This document shows positions 45,086 through 55,263 of a stretch of DNA of 64,000 nucleotides, piece after piece. A program made the translations under genes and the position numbers. Numbering within the stretch: the stretch's first letter is position 1; each line of letters begins with the position of its first letter. Source of the DNA: an uncultured virus (IMG/VR IMGVR_UViG_3300042343_001542) (lineage: Duplodnaviria; Heunggongvirae; Uroviricota; Caudoviricetes). The notes below the pieces were generated by a model. That model was not told the origin of the DNA. It searched no databases and saw only the letters and a list, made by a program, of their open reading frames with translations. The stretch is from IMG/VR virus record IMGVR_UViG_3300042343_001542; one strand, given 5' to 3'.

Positions 45086-45936
45086 TATGCTTCTCCTCTA
45101 TATTTAGCATCTAAAACTTCATTCCATTCAGGAACCCTATCATATTGGTGAACAATTACAAACGGAACGTTATCAGAATTAGAAACGATTTCTCCATCAA
45201 ATTTCGCCGATTCTTCTAACAATTTTGGCTTAAAAGAGTCGATTTTTGAAGGGTCGTTGGTTGTTCCGGCGTTTACGGCAAAACCGTCAGATAACCTACA
45301 GAACTTGAAAATGTCTGAATACGGTTTAGTGTTTACAGTTACGTTAAAAACCGCTTGATCTACAATAGGGATTGGTCTATTAACGCAATTTAAAAATAAA
45401 TTTAAACAAAGGTCTTTAATATATTCTGACTCACCACCAAGAATACCAACATTAAAGATTTCTTTATCTTTGAACTTATCGTGTACAAACGCCCCATACG
45501 TTTGCATTAGATTTTCATTTCCCCAAGGTTCGTCAACATACTTTAATGCTTCAGAAGTACAAAGCACCTTTTTATCCCCAAGATTGTTTTCCATCCATTC
45601 GAATGGGTCATTTTGAAAAATAACGTCTCTTACGTCCGTGGTGAAAACGTATTTATAATTTTGATGAACTTCTTTTAGGTAATTATAAAGGTGAACAAAA
45701 CGTTCTATATGGGGGGCGAAATTTGAAGTGTTATATACTATCCGTTTTTCTTCATCTGCGTTGCAAATAATGACATTTACTTCATGTTCAGTAATCTTAT
45801 CAATAGTATCAAAATCCGAATTTAATACAATCAAAACAATATCTGCGTTTTTAATATTTCTCTTTGCAGAAACGACCCAAGGTTCAATAATTTTCCAATT
45901 ATAATTTGAAAATACCCCAATCAATAAATTTTTCAT
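45085..45936 (-). CDS. GT-A fold glycosyltransferase-like protein
   Basis: TDVRDVIFQ.DPF, N.G...G, DQA.FN, HQYDR. Confidence 0.7.
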   Translation of the reverse strand: MKNLLIGVFSNYNWKIIEPWVVSAKRNIKNADIVLIVLNSDFDTIDKITEHEVNVIICNADEEKRIVYNTSNFAPHIERFVHLYNYLKEVHQNYKYVFTTDVRDVIFQNDPFEWMENNLGDKKVLCTSEALKYVDEPWGNENLMQTYGAFVHDKFKDKEIFNVGILGGESEYIKDLCLNLFLNCVNRPIPIVDQAVFNVTVNTKPYSDIFKFCRLSDGFAVNAGTTNDPSKIDSFKPKLLEESAKFDGEIVSNSDNVPFVIVHQYDRVPEWNEVLDAKYRGEA

Positions 45937-45945
45937 AATACAACC

Positions 45946-46332
45946 CTATAATGTAATAACATAATTATTCAAACGTCTAATCACTTCTTCGCTCGTATGC
46001 CCGTCCCAAGGAGGGGATTTTTCTAGCGTATTTATATTTTCTAACATACCCCAAAATTTATCGGATACATGATATGTGATATCTCCTGAAGGTAAATGCA
46101 TACCAGCAATAAACCAACCGTCATAAGATGTTCCGTCGTTATGGAGCCTAGATTTCCAAGATAATTCTGGACTACCTTTCATCAAGGCGATAAAAAGTAA
46201 AATTCTATGAGCGTATAATTCTTCAAAAGAATGATAAGAATCAGTCGCATTGAAATTTCCTTCTATAGTCATACCCTTGTCTAGACCTTTACAAACAAAA
46301 TGGTCTATTTTTCCATCAATAACAACTTTCAT
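45946..46332 (-). CDS. WDGH-motif protein
   Basis: YH.F.ELY.HR..LF, WKS..H.DG, G.ITYH, WDGH. Confidence 0.75.
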   Translation of the reverse strand: MKVVIDGKIDHFVCKGLDKGMTIEGNFNATDSYHSFEELYAHRILLFIALMKGSPELSWKSRLHNDGTSYDGWFIAGMHLPSGDITYHVSDKFWGMLENINTLEKSPPWDGHTSEEVIRRLNNYVITL

Positions 46333-47051
46333 TCTTTACTCCATGGCAATTCTTTATTAAATTGATCTAATACCACATTATTCCACTGTTTAAAGAAATC
46401 TCCTCGCACAGACCCCTCATTTCCCCCCGTTCTGTAGTTAACTGTATATTTACCAGAACAACCAAATTCTGGAAAATGTTGGGATAGCGCAGAATAAAAA
46501 ACTCTATCTGTTCCCCACCCACCGTGCCAAACCTGACATATCCTAGTTAATATATTAGTTTTTATACAATAACAATTCGTATCAACATGATTATATTGCA
46601 TCACCGGGTTCCATTTACCCAAACTTTCACAATCATCTCTACATAAAAAGTTTCCTTCTTTATCAGTAATATTTCTTAAACTATAACACCAATCGTAATT
46701 ATTTTGCTCTATGGTTTTAACCATATTTTCTACATGGTCACTCCTATACCAACAATCTTGGTCTAGGAATAAAACGTATTCTGCGTTTACCAAATGTGGA
46801 ATTGAGGCGTATACCCTATGACCATAGAACCCATTTGCCCCCACATTTTCTGGTATATTAAGAACAACCACCCTTTTATTTTCTGTATTAATGTTATATA
46901 GTACGTCACCCACCTTTTCTTTATAGTTAAATCCATCAACTACAATATATGCTTGTGTGGGGTACGTTTGATCCAATACAGATTCAATACATTGCTTTAA
47001 TGTGTCCGAACCTGTTGTTGGAATAATTGTTGTAACTTTTTTTTGAATCAT
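46329..47051 (-). CDS. Glycosyltransferase family 2
   Basis: IIPT, L..CIESVL.QTY, VVDG, FLD.D. Confidence 0.88.
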   Translation of the reverse strand: MIQKKVTTIIPTTGSDTLKQCIESVLDQTYPTQAYIVVDGFNYKEKVGDVLYNINTENKRVVVLNIPENVGANGFYGHRVYASIPHLVNAEYVLFLDQDCWYRSDHVENMVKTIEQNNYDWCYSLRNITDKEGNFLCRDDCESLGKWNPVMQYNHVDTNCYCIKTNILTRICQVWHGGWGTDRVFYSALSQHFPEFGCSGKYTVNYRTGGNEGSVRGDFFKQWNNVVLDQFNKELPWSKE

Positions 47052-47491
47052 AATGTTATTATCCCAAAATTTTCGCTGGCATCAGTTTTATCTAAGGTAT
47101 AAATTACATTTTTTATACCATAATCGTTTATACATCTCATACAACCATCGCAAGGCTTTGCTATACCAGAAACTAAATTTTCTTTATCTGGAGAATCGTA
47201 TTTCAACCTAGAAATATATAGGGTAGAATTTTTGAATTTTGCGAAACCCAACCTAACCGAAGCAATATATATAGCAGAAGTTTCTGCGTGCCAATAAATC
47301 GCTTCACTATTCCTACCATATTTTCTTTGGTATGGGTGGGTTTTCATTTGATTTACACCATAAGAAATAATTTTATTTCTATGGACGAGAGCGGCGGCGA
47401 TCCAAACTTTTGGGTGCGTCCCAGATAAAGAAAGAGTTTTCAACTCTTCAAGAATATTCAAATTTACAATCATAAAACGAAAAAGGTTCAA
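47048..47491 (-). CDS. Zinc-dependent cytidine/dCMP deaminase-like protein
   Basis: HAE...KPCxxC. Confidence 0.8.
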   Translation of the reverse strand: MNLFRFMIVNLNILEELKTLSLSGTHPKVWIAAALVHRNKIISYGVNQMKTHPYQRKYGRNSEAIYWHAETSAIYIASVRLGFAKFKNSTLYISRLKYDSPDKENLVSGIAKPCDGCMRCINDYGIKNVIYTLDKTDASENFGIITL

Positions 47492-47522
47492 AGTAATATT
47501 TTACCTTGAACCTTGCAAAAAG

Positions 47523-48893
47523 TCAAATCTTGAAACCTTCAAACGACTTCTTGGGACTAGAAAAGTTTTGAGGTGGTTGTCCTGAATCTACAATCCCCAT
47601 TTGAGCAGATTGTTCTGCGTCAAAGAGTTTCATTTTACCACGATCAATACCCACAACAAACCGTTTGTTTTTTGTTGGGTCATAATATCTGTTCTTTATT
47701 TGCTTAACCATAATTTGCCCCAAAGCTTCTAATTCTTCAGTAGAAATTAAGGCGAACATCATATCGGCAGTTGCTGCAGTACCAAAACTCTCAGAAACGT
47801 CTTCCATGTTAGGATCAGAACTAGAAGCGCCAAATCTTGTTAACTGAGAAGCAGTTAAAATAGGAACGTTAAATTCCACAGCCAAACCGCGAATTTCTTC
47901 TGCTATACTTTTAACCAAGGTATAGGAATTTACATTTGAACTAACTTTGATTCTAGAAGAAGTACAAATATTCATATAATCAATGAATATGATATCTGGT
48001 TTAAAATTCTTTTTTAAGTTTAATTCGTTCAACAAAGTCCTAAAATGTACGACAGAAGCGGAAGCTGTTGGATATTCTTTAATGATTAGTTTACCAACAA
48101 CTTTATTTTTCAATTTTCCAATTTTTCTTTCATATTCTTCTCGAGACAACTTTTCTAAGTCGTCAACAGTAACATTTAATAGGTTGGCGTCAATCCTTTC
48201 TGCTATTCTTTCTTCTGCCATTTCAAGGGTAATGTACAAAACATTCTTACCCTGAACCAAACAACTAGAAGCGTGGTGACACATAAATAGAGATTTACCA
48301 GCGCCAGGACCAGCAAGAATAATAGAAATACTCTTTTTTGGCAAACCACCTTTAGTTATTTTATTAAAATATTCCAAATCGAATGGTATTCTTTCTTCTA
48401 CTTTATGGTAAAAGTCATACCTACTGTTATAATCGTCTATATAATCGTGACCAACACTATTATCGAAACTTACTGCTAACGCTTTTGACAAAATGTCTGG
48501 TATTGCACCTTTATCGTGAGTTTTATTTTTCCCATCCAATATTTGAATTGATTCTTTTACTCCATTATAAATCGCTTGATCCTGACAAAACTTTTCAGTC
48601 TTGTCAGTTAACCAATCCAACTTAGACAATTCATCTTTCGATTTTTGAATTTCTGTTAATACCTCAACGCTACTTTTATATTCTTCTTCAGAAATACTCT
48701 TTTCATTTAATTGAATTATTAAAGATTCATATGTAGGGTTCGTATTATATTTTGCAATATAACTACCGATTTCATTGAATATTAATTTTTCTATTCTGTC
48801 TCCAAAATAATCTTCTTTTAGAAAAGGTAAAACCTTACGAGTATATTCTTCGTCATATATCAAATGTTTAAGTATCGAGGTTTCCAGGTTCAT
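47523..48893 (-). CDS. Replicative helicase (gp41-like)
   Basis: GPGAGKS, YITLEMAEE, IKEYPT, SESFG. Confidence 0.97.
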   Translation of the reverse strand: MNLETSILKHLIYDEEYTRKVLPFLKEDYFGDRIEKLIFNEIGSYIAKYNTNPTYESLIIQLNEKSISEEEYKSSVEVLTEIQKSKDELSKLDWLTDKTEKFCQDQAIYNGVKESIQILDGKNKTHDKGAIPDILSKALAVSFDNSVGHDYIDDYNSRYDFYHKVEERIPFDLEYFNKITKGGLPKKSISIILAGPGAGKSLFMCHHASSCLVQGKNVLYITLEMAEERIAERIDANLLNVTVDDLEKLSREEYERKIGKLKNKVVGKLIIKEYPTASASVVHFRTLLNELNLKKNFKPDIIFIDYMNICTSSRIKVSSNVNSYTLVKSIAEEIRGLAVEFNVPILTASQLTRFGASSSDPNMEDVSESFGTAATADMMFALISTEELEALGQIMVKQIKNRYYDPTKNKRFVVGIDRGKMKLFDAEQSAQMGIVDSGQPPQNFSSPKKSFEGFKI

Positions 48894-49191
48894 TAAATAT
48901 AGCTCCTTCACTTTTAACGGCTTGCGATAATACAATAGAAGTTAGTACGTCTCCGATATGATTTTTAAAATCTATATTTTTTTCTATACCTTCTATATCA
49001 TTATTATCTTCTATATCAAAATCGAAATTTAAATACGCTTTATCGTTCTCTTCATCTTCTTCAACAGAAACTTTCCCATAAGAATAAACTACACCGGAAA
49101 AATCGCCTTTTAATAATGTAATTTTTACATTATTTCCCAAACCTTCAGAGAGATCGAACGCAAAATCAACACCTTCTTCCAACTCATTCAT
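48868..49191 (-). CDS. Acidic protein in the T4 gp40 position
   Basis: Synteny between uvsX and the helicase; function inferred only. Confidence 0.5.
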   Translation of the reverse strand: MNELEEGVDFAFDLSEGLGNNVKITLLKGDFSGVVYSYGKVSVEEDEENDKAYLNFDFDIEDNNDIEGIEKNIDFKNHIGDVLTSIVLSQAVKSEGAIFNEPGNLDT

Positions 49192-50269
49192 TTTCTACAT
49201 CCTCCATTTCTTCAACTTTATTAAATTCTTCTTGTATTTCTTCATCACCCAAAATGGAATTAGAGGAAATAGAATAATTATCATATACAGCATCTTTAAA
49301 CCTTTGAGAAACCAAAATAGGCTCCCAAAACTCTTTTGTGTTTGTGTCTTTTAACCTATATTTTTTATCTTCGACTTCGCCTGTTTCTACGTTTACCTTA
49401 GAATACCAACCATTAGAAGGTTTCATAACAAACCCTAATTCTAATGCAAGATCAAGCAAACCGGACCATTTACTAACGCCACTATCAAAAGAAACGCTGA
49501 TAGGGATTCTTGACTTTTCTTTAACGTATCTAGATTTTTCTACATTAATAATAAAATTGTACCCAGAAATTTCCGTACCATCCTTTTCTTGTTGGCGACC
49601 CAAGATATAGATATTATCCGCAGAAAGGTATACTCCAGTTCCGCCAGAAACAATCGCTTTAGGATACAAACCTTGTTCCATATAGATATGGTTGACAGCA
49701 ACCATAGGAATATCCAAGCGATTTAGGTATGGTGTGATCATCCTAAAAATAGACTTCATCTGTTTTGCCCGGCTCATATCTTGCACAGATTTACCCTCAA
49801 TAGCGTCATCAAGTTCTTTTTTGCTAGACATATTACCCAAAGAGTCAATAACAAAAATCGCCTTCTCACCCCTTTCTAAGTTTTCCAACTGTTTAATTAC
49901 ATCAAACTTAAACTCTTCCATATCCATAATAGGAACGTGGAGGATTCTGTTAGTATCCATATTAAGGGAAGAAAAATATTTTGCGGGAGTACCGAACTCA
50001 CAGTCATAAAAAACCATTACAGCATCAGGATACTTATCCATGTAAGATTTTGCCATAATTAAAGAAAACATACTCTTAAAATGCTTTGACGGTCCACACC
50101 AAAGCGTCAAACCTGGAACAAACCCACCATCAATTTTACCAGACAAAGCAATGTTCAATGCTGGAATTTGCGTTTGAATCACGTCCTTTTCGTTGAAATA
50201 CTTAGATTTCGAAAGAACAGAAATATCTTTAATAGTGCTGTTCTTTTTAATTTTGTCCATTAAGCTCAT
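49184..50269 (-). CDS. uvsX: RecA-like recombinase
   Basis: LNIALSG, GPSKHFKS, IDSLGN, SGGTG..SAD. Confidence 0.95.
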   Translation of the reverse strand: MSLMDKIKKNSTIKDISVLSKSKYFNEKDVIQTQIPALNIALSGKIDGGFVPGLTLWCGPSKHFKSMFSLIMAKSYMDKYPDAVMVFYDCEFGTPAKYFSSLNMDTNRILHVPIMDMEEFKFDVIKQLENLERGEKAIFVIDSLGNMSSKKELDDAIEGKSVQDMSRAKQMKSIFRMITPYLNRLDIPMVAVNHIYMEQGLYPKAIVSGGTGVYLSADNIYILGRQQEKDGTEISGYNFIINVEKSRYVKEKSRIPISVSFDSGVSKWSGLLDLALELGFVMKPSNGWYSKVNVETGEVEDKKYRLKDTNTKEFWEPILVSQRFKDAVYDNYSISSNSILGDEEIQEEFNKVEEMEDVENE

Positions 50270-50279
50270 ACTATACCTC

Positions 50280-52871
50280 TCAACCAAAAAAATCTTCTAA
50301 ACTATTTTGCTTTTCCAAAGACCAACCTATTGTATTTACAATAGCTCCCAACGGCTCCAAAAAAACTTTTTCAAACATAAAATTATAGTCTATAAATCGA
50401 TGTAAGTCAAGTTCTTTAGGTAATTTTTCCGGATATGCTATGACGTTCTCTTTCAAATGGTTTGGAGTCTTCAAATAACAAAATTTAATTTTGTCGCCGT
50501 CTTTTATATATTCATATTCAGAGTCTAGGTTTTTATCCCCCAAGAGTTTATTGAATAATATAGAACCTCTTACGTGTATTGGAGTACCTTTTTTATAAAT
50601 GGTAGTAGAGTCTGTATATTTGTGCAGACCATTAACTCCTCTAGGAAAAGAAATGTCTTCAACAAGCAACCTATTAAAATCAGATCGAAATAGTTCTATT
50701 CGTTTTTGTAATGTTTCTTCATCATTATCTAGAATTATCTTTACGCATTCTTTTAGGACGGACCTTACTATAGAAGGAGTAGAAGATTTGACTATTTCCA
50801 ACCCAGTAACTTTAATTTTTGGCTCAGAATACACCACACCTTCGTTAGAATATACGTTCAGCGCATATCGCTTTTTGGCGACAAACACCCCAGAAGAACA
50901 AATTTTCTCTAGTTTATAAGAAATGGAATTTCTAAAAGAATTGACATATTCTCCCAAATTCGAGCAAAAAAGGTCCACTTCTGGTTGAATCTTTTTTGTA
51001 ATCGACTTATTAAGGAATTCTACTATTTCTTTATTAGAATAATTACTCGGACAAACCTTTTCAACTAACTTCTCAAGAGAAATTAAGATAGAATCAGTAT
51101 CCATGTATATACAATAATCCTTATTTGATTTCAACAAAGAATTAAGGTATAGATTTGTACGATTTGCAACCCAACGGTTAGATAACTGACCCTCAAGGGT
51201 GATACCCTCAGCCATCCTTACATCAAACAACCTGAAATACTTAGTCCCCAAACATCCATATAAACTATTCAAACAAAGTTTTTTTGAATTTTGGAGATTA
51301 TCATATCTAGAAGATTCGTAAGAAAGTTGTTCAAGTTTCCGTTTTAATTCTTCTGTAGGGGTTTTCTTATACAAAGAAGAAACTTCCTCATATTCTTTTT
51401 GAGCAGACAACATTTTCTTTTTATAACTTTGCCTAGCAGCAAACATTTTTTCAACCATCTCAGGAAGAAAACCTTTCTGGTCTGTCCTAAAGAACTGACC
51501 GTTAGGGGTTATAGTTACATTATCTTCTTTTAATTTTTCCAAATTGATAGATTCAGAAAGGATAGAATCAACATTTACACCTTTTGAAATAATATTCCTC
51601 ATATTTTCAGTGTAATCTTGTGGTTCTACTAGAGTTTCTGGAGAAACGTTCTTACCCATAATAATTGAAGGATATAGAGAAGTAGCATCCAAAGAAACCA
51701 CCCATTTATGTATACCTGTAAGGGGAGGTTTTACATAAGCTCCTTCATACGGTTCATAGTCTTTCGCTTCCATTTGAGGGACTTGAATACCCTTTTTCTT
51801 TAGATAATCGTAAACTAGAGCATCCCACATTCTAGTTTGAGTGAAAATGTCTTCTGGATTCGTCTTAGAATCGTAAGATAAAGTTAATCCCATTTCAAAT
51901 AACTTACACTTTTTATCAAGGAGTTCTATAAGGTTTACGTCTTGTATATTGTACTCGTAAAACTTTTGTTTGTCTTCAACATAAAGTTTATGAAGCGAAC
52001 CATCATATTCCAACTTGTTTTCGCCAATTTCGGTTTCTGCTATAAAATCCAAACGATAAGATTCCCTTGAATTTCCGCCTGGTTGGAACTTTTTATACAA
52101 TTCTAAATAATCTATAGAAGAAACCCCAGCAATAGTGTATGTTACTTCTTCTTCATAACCATTAAATTTAGTATTGAACTTTTTGGACCGCTTTTCGTTA
52201 ATAAACCCCCAAGGCGATAATTTTCTTGTTTCTGGTTCTCCAAGAATTTTATACATTCTGTTAATCATGTAAGGAATGTCAAATCCATTACTATTCCAAC
52301 CAGAAACTAAGTTTGGATGGTTTATTGTCCAAATTTCAATAAACTTCTTTAACAAGGTCCATTCGTCTTTACATTTGATATATACAACATTATCAGGAGC
52401 ATTAAATTCGTCGTAACCCAATAGATAAAACTTTTCTTCGCCAAAGAACTTAAAAGCAATAGAAATTATAGGTTGAAACGGATCTTGAGGAGAAGCAAAA
52501 CCGCCAGCATCTGGATCAGAATTAACTTCAATATCGAACATTGCTATCCTTACTTTCGAGAAGTCCCATTCAACGTCGTTTGGGAATAAGTCAGATATCA
52601 AACAATATTCATATTTGGTATTACCATAAACCTTAAAATTCTCGACATTTTCGTATTCTTTAATGAATTCTTTAGACTTTTTTATAGAAGGAAAATTGAT
52701 TTTCTTTAAGTTTTCTCCATACAAAGTATGGTATGGAGAATTTTCAGAAGTTGGTACATATAACGAAGGTTTGTAAGGAATCTTCATTTGGATTGGTTTA
52801 CCATTCTTTATTCCTCTATAAAGAATATTATCACCAAATACCTTTGCGTTTAAATAGAAATCCATAATCAA
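50280..52871 (-). CDS. Family B DNA polymerase (gp43-like)
   Basis: FDIE, FDIPY, D.TSLYPS, K...NSLYG, Y.DTDS, KKRY. Confidence 0.98.
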   Translation of the reverse strand: MIMDFYLNAKVFGDNILYRGIKNGKPIQMKIPYKPSLYVPTSENSPYHTLYGENLKKINFPSIKKSKEFIKEYENVENFKVYGNTKYEYCLISDLFPNDVEWDFSKVRIAMFDIEVNSDPDAGGFASPQDPFQPIISIAFKFFGEEKFYLLGYDEFNAPDNVVYIKCKDEWTLLKKFIEIWTINHPNLVSGWNSNGFDIPYMINRMYKILGEPETRKLSPWGFINEKRSKKFNTKFNGYEEEVTYTIAGVSSIDYLELYKKFQPGGNSRESYRLDFIAETEIGENKLEYDGSLHKLYVEDKQKFYEYNIQDVNLIELLDKKCKLFEMGLTLSYDSKTNPEDIFTQTRMWDALVYDYLKKKGIQVPQMEAKDYEPYEGAYVKPPLTGIHKWVVSLDATSLYPSIIMGKNVSPETLVEPQDYTENMRNIISKGVNVDSILSESINLEKLKEDNVTITPNGQFFRTDQKGFLPEMVEKMFAARQSYKKKMLSAQKEYEEVSSLYKKTPTEELKRKLEQLSYESSRYDNLQNSKKLCLNSLYGCLGTKYFRLFDVRMAEGITLEGQLSNRWVANRTNLYLNSLLKSNKDYCIYMDTDSILISLEKLVEKVCPSNYSNKEIVEFLNKSITKKIQPEVDLFCSNLGEYVNSFRNSISYKLEKICSSGVFVAKKRYALNVYSNEGVVYSEPKIKVTGLEIVKSSTPSIVRSVLKECVKIILDNDEETLQKRIELFRSDFNRLLVEDISFPRGVNGLHKYTDSTTIYKKGTPIHVRGSILFNKLLGDKNLDSEYEYIKDGDKIKFCYLKTPNHLKENVIAYPEKLPKELDLHRFIDYNFMFEKVFLEPLGAIVNTIGWSLEKQNSLEDFFG

Positions 52872-53170
52872 TTTAAAATAATATCTTTTGGTGGAACAAC
52901 AATACCAGAACCAAAAACTGAATTATATTGATTTAAAAAGTCTTCTGCTATATCGCAAGTAAAAACTACATGAGAAAGTTTCACAGAAACCTCTTTATCG
53001 TTGCTCATCAATGGGAATGGCATAAACCCGAAACTAGGTTGTCCTCCGCTCCTTGAAGGTATCGCCATCAATTGTACTGGATTTTTTAGTAGAGCAGTTT
53101 CACCATTAACGATAAAATCGCAAACAATATCTTCTCCAGTAACCAACCTTACAGACCGTATATTACTCAT
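52868..53170 (-). CDS. Conserved small beta-barrel protein
   Basis: RL.TGED.., L.NP, Y...FGSGIV.P. Confidence 0.65.
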   Translation of the reverse strand: MSNIRSVRLVTGEDIVCDFIVNGETALLKNPVQLMAIPSRSGGQPSFGFMPFPLMSNDKEVSVKLSHVVFTCDIAEDFLNQYNSVFGSGIVVPPKDIILN

Positions 53171-53173
53171 AAT

Positions 53174-53560
53174 TTACTCCTTAGAAATTTTTACGGACAA
53201 AGGGACTTCTTTTTTTGTTGGTATTACTACTACCTTATCCCCCAAATCTCCTTTTAATTTAAACTTAATGTAATCCAAATACTTTTCAGATTCTTCTGAT
53301 ACATCAGCAATTTCAGCATATACTAATACTTTATCATTTTCTGATTTTCTCAGAACTTCAAAATTCAAACCGCTATAAGCAACCAATACAGCATTACCTT
53401 TATCCTGTATATATTTAACAAACCCATCGTTTCGGACTGATGACAATCTACTCAAAGACTCTTCTTCACTCAAACCAATAGTATCAACCTTAATAATAAG
53501 GATATCTTCCGGTTTAAGGTTCAATTTTTCAAAACCAACACTATATTTTTCTTCCATCAT
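53174..53560 (-). CDS. Hypothetical protein
   Basis: In-line ORF. Confidence 0.6.
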   Translation of the reverse strand: MMEEKYSVGFEKLNLKPEDILIIKVDTIGLSEEESLSRLSSVRNDGFVKYIQDKGNAVLVAYSGLNFEVLRKSENDKVLVYAEIADVSEESEKYLDYIKFKLKGDLGDKVVVIPTKKEVPLSVKISKE

Positions 53561-53976
53561 AACACCCGTTCTACTTTAATTCCACATTTTTCTAAAAACT
53601 TTAGACCGGAAGGATCTCTATATTCTTGAGAATAATATACTTCTTTTATGCCAGAAGAATATATACCCTTTGAACATTGAATACAAGGAGAATGTGTTAT
53701 AAACATAACAGCACCAAACCCAGATTCAGAACTTTTTGCCAATTTAGATATGGCATTCATCTCAGCATGAATTGTTTCGTCTTTTGTTTTTAAAGAACCG
53801 TCTTCTAGTACATATTCCGCAACATTATCAAACCCAGAAGGAGTTCCATTATATCCAATAGAAATAATTCTGTCTTCTTTAACTATTATGGAACCAACTT
53901 TTAATTTTTCAGCATAAGACAATAAAGCGGTTCTTTTAGCTACATCCATATAATATTTAATAAACTTATCTTTCAT
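53557..53976 (-). CDS. dCMP deaminase
   Basis: KVG..IVK..RIISIGYNG.P, HAE.NAI, SPCxxC. Confidence 0.93.
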   Translation of the reverse strand: MKDKFIKYYMDVAKRTALLSYAEKLKVGSIIVKEDRIISIGYNGTPSGFDNVAEYVLEDGSLKTKDETIHAEMNAISKLAKSSESGFGAVMFITHSPCIQCSKGIYSSGIKEVYYSQEYRDPSGLKFLEKCGIKVERVL

Positions 53977-54376
53977 CAAAGAAGTTATCCCACCTATTCT
54001 TAGGGTTAAGACCGTTAGCGCAATGAATAAAATATTGCAAATCTTCCGCAATATCTTGGATATACTTTTTTGGTGTTGATTCTTTATTTGCAATAATTGA
54101 AAGAACTTCAGAAGCGATTTTATAGAAAGCAATATCGTCTTTTGCTATTTCAAATTCTGCGCTATAATCAGAGTCTAAACATTCCATCCTATCATAAGCA
54201 ATTTTTCTTCCTTCGCTCTTGATGAATTTATCGTGATTACACCTAAATGCCCAACCGCACCTAACGAAAGTTTTATCTTCTTTATCAACCAAATCGGAAA
54301 CAATAGTTATATCCCTCTTTTTCCAATCGTTGCGTACATACAAATACTTACATTTTGACATTTTAACCTCACTCAT
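53966..54376 (-). CDS. Hypothetical protein
   Basis: A..C..D.F.K..GR..A motif. Confidence 0.6.
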   Translation of the reverse strand: MSEVKMSKCKYLYVRNDWKKRDITIVSDLVDKEDKTFVRCGWAFRCNHDKFIKSEGRKIAYDRMECLDSDYSAEFEIAKDDIAFYKIASEVLSIIANKESTPKKYIQDIAEDLQYFIHCANGLNPKNRWDNFFDER

Positions 54377-54578
54377 TTGAAATTTTAGACATCATTTCTT
54401 TCAGCATATAATGCAAAGTTTTATCCGAAGGTAATTTTTTCACCCCAATAAAAACCTTTCCATCAATAACCTTTTCTGGAAAATCTTTAGAAGTATAATA
54501 CAAGTCGGAATTTATCTTACTTTTCACCTTTACCAAAGGCGCTGGATTTCTTTTCATTTTCGACATAAAACCCTCCAA
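54369..54578 (-). CDS. Hypothetical protein
   Basis: Downstream of the early promoter at 54586-54614. Confidence 0.6.
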   Translation of the reverse strand: MEGFMSKMKRNPAPLVKVKSKINSDLYYTSKDFPEKVIDGKVFIGVKKLPSDKTLHYMLKEMMSKISNE

Positions 54579-54585
54579 AAAATAT

Positions 54586-54614
54586 ATTATAATAAAAATA
54601 TCAGAAAAAGTAAA
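54586..54614 (-). promoter_or_regulatory. Early promoter TTTACT-N17-TATAAT
   Basis: Exact match, overlapping the terminator hairpin after hsp20. Confidence 0.7.
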
Positions 54615-54638
54615 GGGGGTTAAAAACCCCCTTTAATA

Positions 54639-55097
54639 TCATTTAGATTTTTCTATCAAAAGGGTTTTGTCACATCCAATTGGAATTTTTTTTGGTTTCT
54701 TTTCTTCTGGAATTACATTTTCAATTTGAATCTTCAAAATTCCATTAACAATATCTGCCGAACGAACAACAGACAAATCGCTTAATGTATAAACGTGCTT
54801 GAAGTCTCTATTTGCTAGACCATGATGTAAATATACTGGTTCTACTTCTGGTTTTTTAGCGACACCAAAAACAATAAGTTTATTTTGAGAAGTTTCCACC
54901 CCAATATCATCAGCAGAAAAACCAGCTACAGCAATTTGTATTTCGTAGTTGTATTCGTCTAGTTTTAGGATAGAATAAGGGGGATAAGAGGGCGCTTTTG
55001 TGTTACCAAAAAGCTTGTCCATTTCTTCCATTGTTGAAAATAACCGATCAAATCCAACGGTCATCGGAAGAATATTTTTACCATATGCGTAAGTCAT
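54639..55097 (-). CDS. Small heat shock protein (Hsp20/IbpA-like)
   Basis: GFDRLF, YPPY.I, AVAGF, YLH.G.A.R.F, NG.L.I, IPE.KKP.KI. Confidence 0.95.
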   Translation of the reverse strand: MTYAYGKNILPMTVGFDRLFSTMEEMDKLFGNTKAPSYPPYSILKLDEYNYEIQIAVAGFSADDIGVETSQNKLIVFGVAKKPEVEPVYLHHGLANRDFKHVYTLSDLSVVRSADIVNGILKIQIENVIPEEKKPKKIPIGCDKTLLIEKSK

Positions 55098-55160
55098 AGT
55101 TTTCTCCTTTTAAAAAAGCAAGAGTTAATAAAATTTGCTTCCCCGAAGGCAAAGCAATTG
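55098..55160 (-). promoter_or_regulatory. ROSE-like RNA thermometer in the hsp20 leader
   Basis: UCUUGCUUU pairs with AAAGGAGA (SD) leaving a bulged G; upstream hairpin present. Confidence 0.65.
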
Positions 55161-55251
55161 CTGGTTCCGCCGCCAGCATCCCTTTTTCGTATGGATCGGT
55201 TACATTATACGCTTTCTTTTATTTTAATTCGCTTTAAGCCCCGAACATTTT

Positions 55252-55259
55252 TATTTATA
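55252..55259 (-). promoter_or_regulatory. Late promoter TATAAATA upstream of the hsp20 leader
   Basis: Exact match just after the regA stop. Confidence 0.6.
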
Positions 55260-55263
55260 TAAC

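Noticed and set aside
47523..52871. Inteins in the helicase, UvsX or polymerase (also nrdA)
   Set aside because: Lengths are ordinary and no intein splice-junction or LAGLIDADG motifs are evident.
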